A stretch of 64,000 nucleotides of DNA from Isurus oxyrinchus (Eukaryota). This document shows positions 13,401-28,400 of the stretch, piece by piece. Below the pieces are notes generated by a model. The model saw nothing but the letters and a program-made list of their open reading frames with translations, was not told where the DNA came from and ran no database searches. Location: the NCBI GenBank assembly GCA_026770705.1, contig JANJGN010000013.1, positions 100,998,001-101,062,000 on the forward strand, in the 5' to 3' direction. Position numbers and translations under genes: made by a program. Numbering within the stretch: the stretch's first letter is position 1; each line of letters begins with the position of its first letter.

Positions 13401-16400
13401 CAAATGAGTTGTTCCACAGTATTATTGGTAATGTTCTTACTTCATAAATGTGCTTCTTTATGCTTTGTTCTGGCAGTGGTTTTTGATGGTAAAATTGTCA
13501 AATGATAATAAATTGTTAATGCTTTGTGTAAGCTTAGGTTAACTACTAGATTTTGAGAATTGAATTAGTGATAGGAGATTTTAGGTATAATTATTTTTCT
13601 GTTTCTTACCTTTCTAGTATCATCTCTAATATGTTCCTTCAACTAAAGTAAATTCAGTGTACATTATATAGGAAAGCGATGCAGCCAGCAGTGAATTAAT
13701 ATGCTTTACCATTTTCTCTGGTATTTAGGGCCAACACCATTTGGAGGAACAGGGAAACCAACAACCTCAGAGACTACCATCAGTGGTGGTGAGAATTGTT
13801 CTTCTCCTCATCAGCATCTTAAGTTAATGTTGTGCGATTCGTGTATTAATATTCTGTGATATTTTCTCTGCTACATAGTGCCAACATTTACTACAGTGAC
13901 AGGTGTACTTCCTTCTTCAGAGACTAGCATTTCTGGTGTGTAGAACTAATTTCATCTGATTAGGTGAAACTATTTCAGAGCGATTTGTGATTTAGCTTTC
14001 TGCCATATGATCTCTGATACATAGGACCAACTCCAGCTACAGGGACAGGCATTGCCATGTTTTCAGAAACCAAGATTACTGGTGAGGGCATGTTTTCTCA
14101 TTGCCATGTGAAGTTTGCACTGCTAACTGTGGGTAGTCAAGGGTCTTGATGTTTTTTGCAAAATTGAAGTTGATGACATGTTGAGTCCAATCACATGGAA
14201 ATGTATAAATGAGTGCCATCTGAGTTGTTCCATAGAATTATTGGTAATGTTCTTACTTCATAAATGTGCTTCTTTATGCTTTGTTCTGGCAGTGGTTTCT
14301 GATGGTAAAATTGTCAAATGATAATAAATTGTTAACGCTTTGTGTAAGCTTAGGTGCAATTTTTATGCCACATTTTACAAAATGTGAGCAGAAATACCTT
14401 GTGCCTTTACTTACCTCACTGCTTATTGATGCATATTTGTTTTTTGATTAAAAGACGTGTTGATTAAAGAGGTATGAGAATTATGATTGTTGCCAGTTAT
14501 AGTTGATATCTGGCATTGTCAAGTATTTCTTTCGGTCAAGGACGGAGCTATTAAGTAAGCTTGTTGAATTGATGGGAGTCAGTCCGATGTGTCAATGTCG
14601 GATGAGTGATTGTGTTATTGGCAGTATCTTTGAATAGCAAGAGATACGGATCATGAAGACAGCCCAAAACCTTTTGAGAAATGGAGGATCTGGGGCCTGA
14701 CAATTCCATTTGTTTTTTCGAAGCAAATATGGAAATTGAAAATTTGCGATTATTTGCTTTTTTGCATTTGTAGTTTGAAGAACTATCAGGTTGCTGTTAT
14801 TAATTTTAGAAACCTAAATGCATTTATTTGAACGAATGATGATGGCAGAAGACATCAGGTTATCTGATGAGTCGAGAAATGCTTGTCTGTCCTGAGGCCA
14901 ATAGGATGTGCTTAATAGCATCTCAATTGATGAACTGGAAAATGAAAGGATTCTTTTGGGGTGATTTTGGGCAATGAAGAGGCTTCCATGTGAAATATGT
15001 TTTTGGAAAGACAGAGAACATTATTTTCTCAAAATGGAATACAGCAAGGTTTCCATTAGCAAATAATTGGTGAAGTAGTGATGAGAAGTGCCATGTGCTG
15101 AGTGGGATTTTTAAATTGCGCCTCTGAAGTTGTTAGAAATATCAATCAGTTTGAAATCTTTCAAATTAATTTTGCCTGTTAAGAAGCGCTCAATCTTGTG
15201 AAGAAAAGCAAATGAAGCATTTGCTGACACCATGTCATTGAAGATATCATTGCCTGAAAATGAAGTGCCTTTTATCGGCAACTTTGTCCAGGAATTGCTC
15301 TGGAAGTTATCCTCTACCTTATTGGAAGGGAATTGCTGCTAGGCTTTGTTGTATATAATTATTGTTCTATTCCTTATCTTTGTAGAAGTAATTGTATGTT
15401 GCTCCTTCAACTGAACTAGATGATGCGAATATCTCAACATTATCTCAGAAGTCGATGCAGCCAGTAGTGAATTAATAATCTGCCATTTCCTCTGGCATTT
15501 AGGGCCAACACCATTTGGTGGAACTGGAAGGCCAAGAATTTTAGAGACCACCATCAGTGGTGAGTATGGCTCTTCTCCTCATCAGCATGTTAAGTTAAAT
15601 TTCTGTGATTCGGGTATAAGTATTCTGTAATATTTCCTCTGCTACGTTAAATATAATCTTTCCTTGTAAACAACTGCTCATTCTTGTCAACAAAAGATTA
15701 TGAAGCATTTGTTGACACCCTGTCATTAATGATATTCTTGCCGGAAAAGCAAATGCGTTTTGCAGGCAACTTGCTGCAGCACCTGCTCTGGAGGTAACCG
15801 CTAGATTTTGAGAATTGAATTGGTGATAGGAGATTTTGTGAATAATTATTTTTCTGTTTCTTACCTTTGTAGTATCATTTCTAGCTTGCTCCTTCAACTG
15901 ATGTAAATTCAGTGTACATTTTCTAGGAAAGCAATGCAGCCAGTAGTGATTTAATATATTGCACCATTTTCTCCGGTATTTAGGGCCAACACCATTTGGT
16001 GGAACTGGAAGGCCAAGAACTTCAGAGACCACCATCAGTGGTGAGTATTGTTCTTCTCCTCATCAGCACGTTAAATAAAATTTCTGCGATTCGGGTATAA
16101 GTATTCTGCAATATTTCCTCTGCTACATCAAGTATAATCTTTCCTTGTAAACAATCGCTCATTCTTGTCAACAAAAGACAATGAATTGTTTGTTGCCATT
16201 TGTTGACACCATGTCATTCATGATATTCTTGCCTGAAAAGCAAATGCCTTTTGCAGGCAATTTGCTCCAGCAACTGCTCTGGGGTTTAACTGCTTGATTT
16301 TGAGAATTGAATTAGTGATAGGAGATTTTGGGTATAACTATTTTTCTGTTTCTTACCTTTCTAGTATCATCTCTAACATGTTCCTTCAACTGAAGTAAAT

Positions 16401-19400
16401 TCAGTGTACATTATGTAGGAAAGCGATGCAGCCAGCAGTGAATTAATATGCTTTACCATTTTCTCTGGTATTTAGGGCCAACACCATTTGGAGGAACAGG
16501 GAGACCAACAACTTCAGAGACTACCATCAGTGGTGGTGAGAATTGTTCTTCTCCTCATCAGCATGTTAAGTTAATGTTGTGCGATTCGTGTATTAATATT
16601 CTGTAATATTTCCCCTGCTACATAGTGCGAACACTAACGACAGTGACAGGTGTACTTCCTGCTTCAGAAACCAGCATTTCTGGTGAGTAGAGCTAATTTC
16701 ATTTGATTAGGTGAAATTATTTCAGAGCGATTTGTGAATTAGCGCTCTGCAATATGATCTCTGCTGCATAGGACCAACCCAAGCTGCAGGGACAGGATTT
16801 GCAATGGTTTCATAAATTAGTGAGCACATGTTTTCTCATTGCCATGTGAAGTTTGCCCTGCCAACTGCAGGCAGTCAAGGGTCTTGATGTTTTTGCAAAA
16901 TTGAAGTTGATGTTATGTTGAGCCCAATCACATGAAAATGTCGAAATAAGTGCCAAATGGGTTTTCCACAGTATTATTGGTAATGTTCTTACTTCATAAA
17001 TGTGCTTCTTTATGCTTTGTTCTGGCAGTGGTTTCTGATGGTAAAATTGTTAAATGATAATAAATTGTTAACGGTTTGTGTAAGCTTAGGTTCAACTTTT
17101 AAGCCACATTTTACAAAATGTGAGGACAAACACCTTGTTCCTTTACTTTCCTCACTGCTTATTGATGTATATTTGTTTTGTGATTCAAAGACGTGTTGGT
17201 TAAAGAGGTATGAGAATTGTGATTGTTGCCAGTTATAGTTGATATCTGGCATTATCAAGTATTTCTTTTGGTCGAGGACGGAACAGTTAAGTAAGGTTGT
17301 TGAATTGATTGGAGTCAGTCCGCTGTGTCATTGTTGGATGAGTGATTGTGTTCTTGGCAGTATCTTTGAATTCGCAAGCGATACGGATAATGAAGATGGC
17401 CCAAAACTCTTTGAGAAATGGAGGAACTGGGGCCTGACAATTCCATTTATTTTTTCAGAGCAAATATTGAAATTGAAAATTTGCGATTATTTGTGTTTTT
17501 GCATTTGTCGTTTGAAGAACTATCAGGTTGCTGTTATTAATTTTAGAGTCCTAAATGCATTTATTTGAACGAATGATGATAGCAGAAGGCATCAGGTTAT
17601 CTGATGAGTAGAGAAATGCTTGTCTGTCCTGAGGCCAAGAGGATGTGCTTAAAAGCATCTCATTTGATGAACTGAAAAATGGAAGGATTCTTTTGGGGTG
17701 ATTTTGGGCAATGATGAGGCTTCCATGTGAAATATGTATTTGGAAAGAGAACATTATTTTCTCAAAATGGAATACAGCAAGGTTTCCATTAGCAAATAAT
17801 TGGTGAAGTAGTGATGAGAAGTGCCATGTGCTGAGTGGGATTTTTAAATTGCGCCCTTGAAGTTGTTAGAAATAACAATCAGTTTGAAATCTTTCAAATT
17901 AAGTTTTGCCTGTTAAGAAGTGCTCAATCTTGTGAATAGATGCAAATGAAGCATTTGCTGATACCATGTCATTGAAGATATTATTGCCTGAAAATTAAGT
18001 GCCTTTTATTGGCAAATTTGTCCAAGAATTGCTCTGGAAGTTATCCTCTACCTTATTGGAAGGGAATTGCTGCTAGGCTATGTTGTATATAATTACTGTT
18101 CTATTCCTTTTCTTTGTAGAATTAAGTGTAAGTTGCTCCTTCAACTGAACCAGATGTTGCGAATATCTCAACATTATCTCAGAAGCCGATGCAGCCAGTA
18201 GTGAATTAATAATCTGCCTTTTCCTCTGGCATTTAGGGCCAACGCCATTTGGAGGAGCAGGAAGACCAAGAACTTCAGAGACCACCTTCAGTGGTGAGTA
18301 TTGTTCTTCTCCTCATCAGCATGTTAAGTTAAATTTCTGTGATTCGGATGTAAGTATTCTGTAATATTTCCTCTGCTACGTTAGATATAATCTTTCCTTG
18401 TAATCAACTGCTCATTCTTGTCAACAAAAGATTATGAAGCGTTTGTTGACACTCTGTCATTAAGGATATTCTTGCCGGAAAAGCAAATGCCTTTTGCTAG
18501 CAACTTGCTCCAGCACGTGCTCTGGAGGTTAACTGCTAGATTTTGAGAATTGAATTGGTGATAGGAGATTTTGGGAATAATTATTTTTCTGTTTCTTACC
18601 TTTGTAGTATCATCTCTAGCTTACTGCTTCAACTGATGCAAATTTAGTTTACATTTTCTAGGAAAGCGATGCATCCAGTAGTGATTTTATATATTGTACC
18701 ATTTTCTCCGATATTTAGGGCCAACACCATTTGGTGGATCTGGAAGACCAAGAACTTCAGAGACCACCATCAGTGGTGAGTATTATTCTTCTCCTTATCA
18801 GCGTGTTAAGTTCAATTTCTGCGATTTTTGTATTAGTATGCTGAAATATTTCCTCTGCTACATTAAGTATAATCTTTCCTTGTAAACAATCGCTCATTCT
18901 TGTCGACAAAAGACAATGAATTGTTTGTTGACATTTGTTGACACCATATGCTTGCCTGAAAAGCAAATGCCTTTTGCAGGCAATTTGCTCCAGCAACTGC
19001 TCTGCAGATTAACTGCAGGATTTTGAGAATTGAATTAGTGATAAGTGATTTTGGGTATAACTATTTTTCTGTTTCTTACCTTTCTAGTATCATCTCTAAC
19101 GTGTTCCTTCAACTGAAGTAAATTCAGTGTACATTATGTAGGAAAGCGATGCAGCCAGCAGTGAATTAATATGCTTTACCATTTTCTCTGGTATTTAGGG
19201 CCAACACCATTTGGAGGAACAGGGAAACCAACAACCTCAGTGACTACCATCAGTGGTGGTGAGAATTGTTCTTCTCCTCATCAGCATGTTAAGTTAATGT
19301 TGTGAGATTCGTGTATTAATATTCTGTAATATTTCCTCTGCTACATAGTGCGAACACTAACGACAGTGACAGGTGTACTTCCTGCTTCAGAAACCAGCAT

Positions 19401-22400
19401 TTCTGGTGAGTAGAGCTAATTTCATTTGATTAGGTTAAATTATTTCAGAGCGATTTGTGATTTAGCGCTCTGCAATATGATTTCTGCTGCATAGGACCAA
19501 CCCAAGCTACAGGGACAGGATTTGCAATGGTTTCAGAAACCAGGATTACCGGTGAGCACATGTTTTCTCATTGCCATGTGAAGTTTGCCCTGCCAGCTGC
19601 AGGCAGTCAAGAGTCTTGATGTTTTTGCAAAATTGAAGTTGATGATATGTTGAGTCCAATCACATGGAAATATCTAAATGAGTGCCAAATGAGTTGTTCC
19701 ACAGCATTATTGGTAATGTTCTTACTTCATAAATGTGCTTCTTTATGCTTTGTTCTGGCAGTGGTTTCTGATGGTAAAATTGTCAAATGATAATAAATTG
19801 TTAATGCTTTGTGTAAGCTTAGGTTAACTACTAGATTTTGAGAATTGAATTAGTGATAGGAGATTTTGGGTATAATTATTTTTCTGTTTCTTACCTTTCT
19901 AGTATCATCTCTAACATGTTCCTTCAACTAATGTAAATTCAGTGTACATTATATAGGAAAGCGATGCAGCCAGCAGTGAATTAATATGCTTTACCATTTT
20001 CTCTGGTATTTAGGGCCAACACCATTTGGAGGAACAGGGAAACCAACAACCTCAGAGACTACCATCAGTGGTGGTGAGAATTGTTCTTCTCCTCATCAGC
20101 ATCTTAAGTTAATGTTGTGCGATTCGTGTATTAATATTCTGTGATATTTTCTCTGCTACATAGTGCCAACATTTACTACAGTGACAGGTGTACTTCCTTC
20201 TTCAGAGACTAGCATTTCTGGTGTGTAGAACTAATTTCATCTGATTAGGTGAAACTATTTCAGAGCGATTTGTGATTTAGCTTTCTGCCATATGATCTCT
20301 GATACATAGGACCAACCCAAGCTACAGGGGCAGGCATTGCCATGGTTTCAGAAACCAAGATTACTGGTGAGGGCATATTTTCTCATTGCCATGTGAAGTT
20401 TGCACTGCTAACTGTGGGTAGTCAAGGGTCTTGATGTTTTTTGCAAAATTGAAGTTGATGACATGTTGAGTCCAATCACATGGAAATGTATAAATGAGAG
20501 CCATCTGAGTTGTTCCATAGAATTATTGGTAATGTTCTTACTTCATAAATGTGCTTCTTTATGTTTTGTTCTGGCAGTGGTTTCTGATGGTAAAATTGTC
20601 AAATGATAATAAATTGTTAACGCTTTGTGTAAGCTTAGGTGCAATTTTTATGCCACATTTTACAAAATGTGAGCAGAAATACCTTGTGCCTTTACTTACC
20701 TCACTGCTTATTGATGCATATTTGTTTTTTGATTAAAAGACGTGTTGGTTAAAGAGGTATGAGAATTATGATTGTTGCCAGTTATAGTTGATATCTGGCA
20801 TTGTCAAGTATTTCTTTCGGTCAAAGACGGAGCTATTAAGTAAGCTTGTTGAATTGATGGGAGTCAGTCCGATGTGTCAATGTCGGATGAGTGATTGTGT
20901 TATTGGGAGTATCTTTGAATAGCAAGAGATACGGATCATGAAGACAGCCCAAAACCTTTTGAGAAATGGAGGAACTGGGGCCTGACAATTCCATTTGTTT
21001 TTTTGAAGAAAACATCGAAAGTGAAAATTTGTGATAATTTGCGTTTTTGCATTTGTACTTTGAAGAAATATCAGGTTGCTATTATTAATTTTAGAAACCT
21101 AAATGCATTTATTTGAACGAATGATGATGGCAGAAGACATCAGGTTATCTGATGAGTCGAGAAATGTTGTCTGTCCTGAGGCCAAGAGGATGTGCTTAAA
21201 AGCATCTCAATTGATGAACTGGAAAATGAAAGGATTCTTTTGGGGTGATTTTGGGCAATGATGAGGCTTCCATGTGAAATATGTTTTTGGAAAGACAGAG
21301 AACATTATTTTCTCAAAATGGAATACAGCAAGGTTTCCATTAGCAAATAATTGGTGAAGTAGTGATGAGAAGTGCAATGTGCTGAGTGCGATTTTTAAAT
21401 TGCGCCCCTGAAGTTGTTAGAAATATCAATCAGTTTGAAATCTTTCAAATTAATTTTGCCTGTTTAGAAGCGCTCAATCTTGTGAAGAAAAGCAAATGAA
21501 GCATTTGCTGACACCATGTTATTGAAGATATCATTGCCTGAAAATGAAGTGCCTTTTATCGGCAACTTTGTCCAGGAATTGCTCTGGAAGTTATCCTCTA
21601 CCTTATGGGAAGGGAATTGCTGCTAGGCTTTGTTGTATATAATTATTGTTCTATTCCTTATCTTTGTAGAAGTAATTGTATGTTGCTCCTTCAACTGAAC
21701 TAGATGATGTGAATATCTCAACATTATCTCAGAAGCCGATGCAGCCAGTAGTGAATTAATAATCTGCCATTTCCTCTGGCATTTAGGGCCAATGCCATCT
21801 GGAGGAACAGGAAGACCAAGATCTTCAGAGACCACCATCAGTGGTGAGTATGGCTCTTCTCCTCATCAGCATGTTAAGTTAAATTTAAATGATTCGGGTA
21901 TAAGTATTCTGTAATATTTCCTCTGCTAAGTTAAATATAATCTTTCCTTGTAAACAACTGCTCATTCTTGTCAACAAAAGATTATGAAGCATTTGTTGAC
22001 ATCCTGTCATTAATGATATTCTTGCCGGAAAGGCAAATGCGTTTTGCAGGCAACGTGCTGCAGCACCTGCTCTGGAGGTTAACCGCTAGATTTTGAGAAT
22101 TGAATTGGTGATAGGAGATTTTGTGAATAATTATTTTTCTGTTTCTTACCTTTGTAGTATCATCTCTAGCTTGCCCCTTCAACTGATGTAAATTCAGTGT
22201 ACATTTTCTAGGAAAGCAATGCAGCCAGTAGTGATTTAATATATTGTCCCATTTTCTCTGGTATTTAGGGCCAACACCATTTGGTGGAACTGGAAGACCA
22301 AGAACTTCAGAGACCACCATCAGTGGTGAGTATTGTTCTTCTCATCAGCATGTTAAGTAAAATTTCTGCGATTCGGGTATAAGTATTCTGTAATATTTCC

Positions 22401-25400
22401 TCTGCTACATTAAGTATAATCTTTCCTTGTATACAACTGCTCATTCTTGTCAACAAAAGACAATGAATTGTTTGTTGCCATTTGTTGACACCATATCATT
22501 CATGATATTCTTGCCTGAAAAGCAAATGCCTTTTGCAGGCAATTTGCTCCAGCATCTGCTCTGGGGTTTAACTGCTAGATTTTGAGAATTTAATTTAGTG
22601 ATAGGAGATTTTAGGTATAACTATTTTTCTGTTTCTTACCTTTCTAGTATCATGTCTAACATGTTCCTTCAACTGAAGTAAATTCAGTGTGCATTATGTA
22701 GGAAAGCGATGCAGCCAGCAGTGAATTAATATGCTTTATCATTTTCTCTGGTATTTAGGGCCAACACCATTTGGAGGAACAGGGAGACCAACAACTTCAG
22801 AGACCTCCATCAGTGGTGGTGAGAATTGTTCTTCTCCTCATCAGCATGTTAAGTTAATGTTGTGCGATTCGTGTATTAATATTCTGTAATATTTCCTCTG
22901 CTACATTGTGCGAACACTAACGACAGTGACAGGTGTACGTCCTGCTTCAGAAACCAGCATTTCTGGTGAGCAGAGCTAATTTCATTTAATTAGGTGAAAT
23001 TATTTCAGAGCGATTTGTGATTTAGCGCTCTGCAATATGATCTCTGCTGCATAGGACCAACCCAAGCTGCAGGGACAGGATTTGCAATGGTTTCATAAAT
23101 TAGGATTACTGGTGAGCACATGTTTTCTCATTGCCATGTGAAGTTTGCCCTGCCAACTGCAGGCAGTCAAGGGTCTTGATGTTTTTGCAAAATTGAAGTT
23201 GATGTTATGTTGAGTCCAATCACATGGAAATGTCGAAATAAGTGCCAAATGGGTTTTCCACAGTATTATTGGTAATGTTCTTACTTCATAAATGTGCTTC
23301 TTTATGCTTTGTTCTGGCAGTGGTTTCTGATGGTAAAATTGTCAAATGATAATAAATTGTTAACGGTTTGTGTAAGCTTAGGTTCAACTTTTATGCCACA
23401 TTTTACAAAATGTGAGGACAAACACCTTGTTCCTTTACTTTCCTCACTGCTTATTGATGCATATTTGTTTTGTGATTCAAAGACGTGTTGGTTAAAGAGG
23501 TATGAGGATTGTGTTTGTTGCCAGTTATAGTTGATATCTGGCATTATCAAGTATTTCTTTTGGTCGAGGACGGAACAGTTAAGTAAGTTTCCAACCTGAT
23601 TGTCGCCCAACCTCGGACGGCCCGCTTCTATCTCCTACCCAAAATCCACAAACAGAACTGCCCCGGTAGACCGATCATCTCAGCTTGCTCCTGCCCCACA
23701 GAACTCATTTCTCGTTATCTTGACTCCCTTCTCTCTCCCCTTGTCCAGTCCCTTCCCACCTACATCCGTGATTCCTCTGACACCTTTCGTCACATCAACA
23801 ATTTCCAGTTCCCTGGCCCCAACCGCTTCCTCTTCACCATGGACGTCCAATCCCTCTACACCTCCATCCCCCACCAGGATGGTCTGAGGGCCCTTAGCTT
23901 CTTCCTCGAACAGAGGCCCGAACAATCCCCATCCACCACTACTCTCCTCCGTCTGGCTGAACTTGTTCTCACGTTGAACAATTTCTCCTTCAACTCCTCT
24001 CACTTCCTCCAAATAAAACGTGTGGCTATGGGTACCCACATGGGCCCCAGCTATGCCTGTCTCTTTATGGCGTATGTGGAACATTCCTTGTTGCAGTCCT
24101 ACTCCGGCCCCCTTCCACAACTTTTTCTCCGGTACATCGATGATTACTTTGGTGCCGCTTCATGCTCTCGTCGGGACTTGGAAAAATTTATTAATTTTGC
24201 TTCCAATCTCCACCCCTCTATCATTTTCACGTGGTCCATCTCTGACACTTCCCTTCCCTTCTTTGACCTCTCTGTCTCAATCTCTGGTGATAGACTGTCC
24301 ACCAATATCCATTACAAACCCACCGACTCCCACAGCTACCTAGACTACAGCTCCTCACACCCCGCTTCCTGTAACGACTCCATCCCATTCTCCCAGTTCC
24401 TTCGCCTTCGTCGCATCTGTTCCGATGATGCTACCTTCAGAAACGGTTCCTCTGACATGTCCTCCTTCTTCGTTAACCGAGGTTTTCCACCCACGGTCGT
24501 TGACAGGGCCCTCCACTGTGTCTAGCCCATCTCCCGCGCATCCGCCCTCACGCCTTCTCCTGCCTCCCTGAAACATGATAGGGTCCCCCTTGTCCTCACT
24601 TATCACCCCACCAGCCTCCGCATTCAAAGGATCATCCTCCGCCATTTCCGCCAACTCCAGCATGATGCCACCACCAAACACATCTTCCCTTCACCCCCCT
24701 TATCGGCATTCCGTAGGGATCGCTCCCTCTGGGACACCCTGGTCCACTCCTCCATCACCCCCTACTCCTCAACCCCCTCCTATGGCACCACCCCATGCCC
24801 ATGCAAAAGATGTAACACCTGCCCCTTCACTTCCTCTCTCCTCACCGTCCAAGGGCCCAAACACTCCTTTCAAGTGAAGCAGCATTTCACTTGCTTTTCC
24901 CCCAACTTAGTCTACTGCATTCGTTGCTCCCAATGTGGTCTCCTCTACATTGGAGAGACCAAACGTAAACTGGGCGACCGCGTTGCAGAACACCTGCGGT
25001 CTGTCCGCAAGAATGACCCAAACCTCCCTGTCGCTTGCCATTTTAACACTCCACCCTGCTCTCTTGCCCACATGTCTGTCCTTGGCTTGCTGCATTGTTC
25101 CAATGAAGCCCAACGCAAACTGGAGGAACAACACCTCATCTTCCGACTAGGCACCTTACAGCCTTCCGGACTGAATATTGAATTCAACAACTTTAGGTCG
25201 TGAGCTCCCCCCCGCCCCCCTCCCCCATCCCCACCCCCTTTCTGTTCCCCCCCTTTTTTTCCCCAATAAATTATATAGATTTTTCTTTTCCCACCTATTT
25301 CCATTATTTTTAAATATTTTAAAATCTTTTATGCTCCCTCCACCCCCACTAGAGCTGTACCTTGAGTGCCCTACCATCCATTCTTAATTAGCACATTTGT

Positions 25401-28400
25401 TTAGATAATATCACCAACTTTAACTTTATCACCTATGTGTTCTTTTGTACCATTGTCGCTGACATCTTTTGATGATCTGCTTCTATCACTGCTTGTTTGT
25501 CCCTACAACCACACACCCCCCCCCTCTCTCTCTATCTCTCCGCCCCCCACACACGCACCTTAAACCAGCTTATATTTCAACTCTTTCTTGGACTCGAAAT
25601 CAAGTTCTGTCGAAAGGTCATGAGGACTCGAAATGTCAACTCTTTTCTTCTCCGACGATGCTGCCAGACCTGCTGAGTTTTTCCAGGTAATTCTGTTTTA
25701 GTTAAGTAAGCTTGTTGAATTGATTGGAGTCAGTCCGCTGTGTCATTGTTGGATGAGTGATTGTGTTATTGGCAGTATCTTTGAATTAGCAAGCGATACA
25801 GATAATGAAGATGGCCCAAAACATTTTGAGAAATGGAGGAACTGGGGCCTGACAATTCCATTTATTTTTTCAAAGCAAATATAGAAATTGAAAATTTGCG
25901 ATTATTTGCGTTTTTGCATTTGTAGTTTGAAGAACTATCAGGTTGCTGTTATTAATTTTAGAGTCCTAAATGCATTTATTTGAATGAATGATGATAGCAG
26001 AAGACATCAGGTTATCTGATGAGTAGAGAAATGCTTGTCTGTCCTGAGGCCAAGAGGATGTGCTTAAAAGCATCTCCTTTGATGAACTGGAAAATGAAAG
26101 GATTCTTTTGGGGTGATTTTGGGCAATGATGAGGCTTCCATGTGAAATATGTTTTTGAAAAGGCAGAGAACATTATTTTCTCAAAATGGAATACAGCAAG
26201 GTTTCCATTAGCAAATAATTGGTGAAGTAGTGATGAGAAGTGCCATGTGCTGAGTGGGATTTTTAAATTGCGCCCTTGAAGTTGTTAGAAATAACAATCA
26301 GTTTGAAATCTTTCAAATTAATTTTGCCTGTTAAGAAGTGCTCAATCTTGTGAATAGATGCAAATGAAGCATTTGCTGATACCTATTGTCATTGAAGATA
26401 TTATTGCCTGAAAATTAAGTGCCTTTTATTGGCAAATTTGTCCAGGAATTGCTCTGGAAGTTATCCTCTACCTTATTGGAAGGGAATTGCTGCTAGGCTA
26501 TGTTGTATATAATTACTGTTCTATTCCTTTTCTTTGTAGAATTAAGTGTAAGTTGCTCCTTGAACTGAACCAGATGTTGCGAATATCTCAACATTATCTC
26601 AGAAGCCGATGCAGCCAGTAGTGAATTAATAATCTGCCTTTTCCTCTGGCATTTAGGGCCAACGCCATTTGGAGGAGCAGGAAGACCAAGAACTTCAGAG
26701 ACCACCTTCAGTGGTGAGTATTGTTCTTCTCCTCATCAGCATGTTAAGTTAAATTTCTGTGATTCGGATGTAAGTATTCTGTAATATTTCCTCTGCTACG
26801 TTAGATATAATCTTTCCTTGTAAACAACTGCTCATTCTTGTCAACAAAAGATTATGAAGCGTTTGTTGACACTCTGTCATTAATGATATTCTTGCCGGAA
26901 AAGCAAATGCCTTTTGCGAGCAACTTGCTCCAGCACGTGCTCTGGAGGTTAACTGCTAGATTTTGAGAATTGAATTGGTGATAGGAGATTTTGGGAATAA
27001 TTATTTTTCTGTTTCTTACCTTTGTAGTATCATCTCTAGCTTACTCCTTCAACTGATGCAAATTTAGTTTACATTTTCTAGGAAAGCGATGCATCCAGTA
27101 GTGATTTTATATATTGTACCATTTTCTCCGGTATTTAGGGCCAACACCATTTGGTGGATCTGGAAGACCAAGAACTTCAGAGACCACCATCAGTGGTGAG
27201 TATTATTCTTCTCCTTATCAGCGTGTTAAGTTCAATTTCTGCGATTTTTGTATTAGTATGCTGAAATATTTCCTCTGCTACATTAAGTATAATCTTTCCT
27301 TGTAAACAATCGCTCATTCTTGTCGACAAAAGACAATGAATTGTTTGTTGACATTTGTTGACACCATATGCTTGCCTGAAAAGCAAATGCCTTTTGCAGG
27401 CAATTTGCTCCAGCAACTGCTCTGTAGATTAACTGCTGGATTTTGAGAATTGAATTAGTGATAAGTGATTTTGGGTATAACTATTTTTCTGTTTCTTACC
27501 TTTCTAGTATCATCTCTAACATGTTCCTTCAACTGAAGTAAATTCAGTGTACATTATGTAGGAAAGCGATGCAGCCAGCAGTGAATTAATATGCTTTACC
27601 ATTTTCTCTGGTATTTAGGGCCAACACCATTTGGAGGAACAGGGAAACCAACAACCTCAGAGACTACCATCAGTGGTGGTGAGAATTGTTCTTCTCCTCA
27701 TCAGCATGTTAAGTTAATGCTGTGAGATTCGTGTATTAATATTCTGTAATATTTCCTCTGCTACATAGTGCGAACACTAACGACAGTGACAGGTGTACTT
27801 CCTGCTTCAGAGACCAGCATTTCTGGTGAGTAGAGCTAATTTCATTTGATTAGGTTAAATTATTTCAGAACGATTTGTGATTTAGCGCTCTGCAATATGA
27901 TTTCTGCTGCATGGGACCAACCCAAGCTACAGGGACAGGATTTGCAATGGTTTCAGAAACCAGGATTACCGGTGAGCACATGTTTTCTCATTGCCATGTG
28001 AAGTTTGCCCTGCCAACTGCAGGCAGTCAAGAGTCTTGACGTTTTTGCAAAATTGAAGTTGATGATATGTTGAGTCCAATCACATGGAAATATCTAAATG
28101 AGTGCCAAATGAGTTTTCCACAGTATTATTGGTAGTGTTCTTACTTCATAAATGTGCTTCTTTATGCTTTGTTCTGGCAGTGGTTTCTGATGGTAAAATT
28201 GTCAAATGATAATAAATTGTTAATGCTTTGTGTAAGCTTAGGTTAACTACTAGATTTTGAGAATTGAATTGCTGATAGGAGATTTTGGGTATAATTATTT
28301 TTCTGTTTCTTACCTTTCTAGTATCATCTCTAACATGTTCCTTCAACTGAAGTAAATTCAGTGTGCATTATGTAGGAAAGCGATGCAGCCAGCAGTGAAT

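Larger units (their letters stand above)
23588..25699 (+). mobile_element. 5'-truncated Penelope-like retroelement (probably Neptune-type) inserted in a long intron, with an 11-bp target-site duplication
   Basis: C-rich insert absent from all other units. Flanked by AGTTAAGTAAG at 23577-23587 and 25700-25710. Encodes RT followed by GIY-YIG. A Cys-rich linker (CPCKRCNTC) between the domains is characteristic of the Neptune clade. Confidence 0.93.

Noticed and set aside
25205-25560. Poly-C, poly-T and (CT)n tracts as independent repeats or G-quadruplex elements
   Set aside because: They are low-complexity parts of the retroelement 3' UTR and need no separate explanation.
23600-25690. Overlapping alternative-frame and antisense ORFs in the Penelope-like element
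   Set aside because: By-products of the C-rich, stop-poor RT frame; no recognisable motifs.
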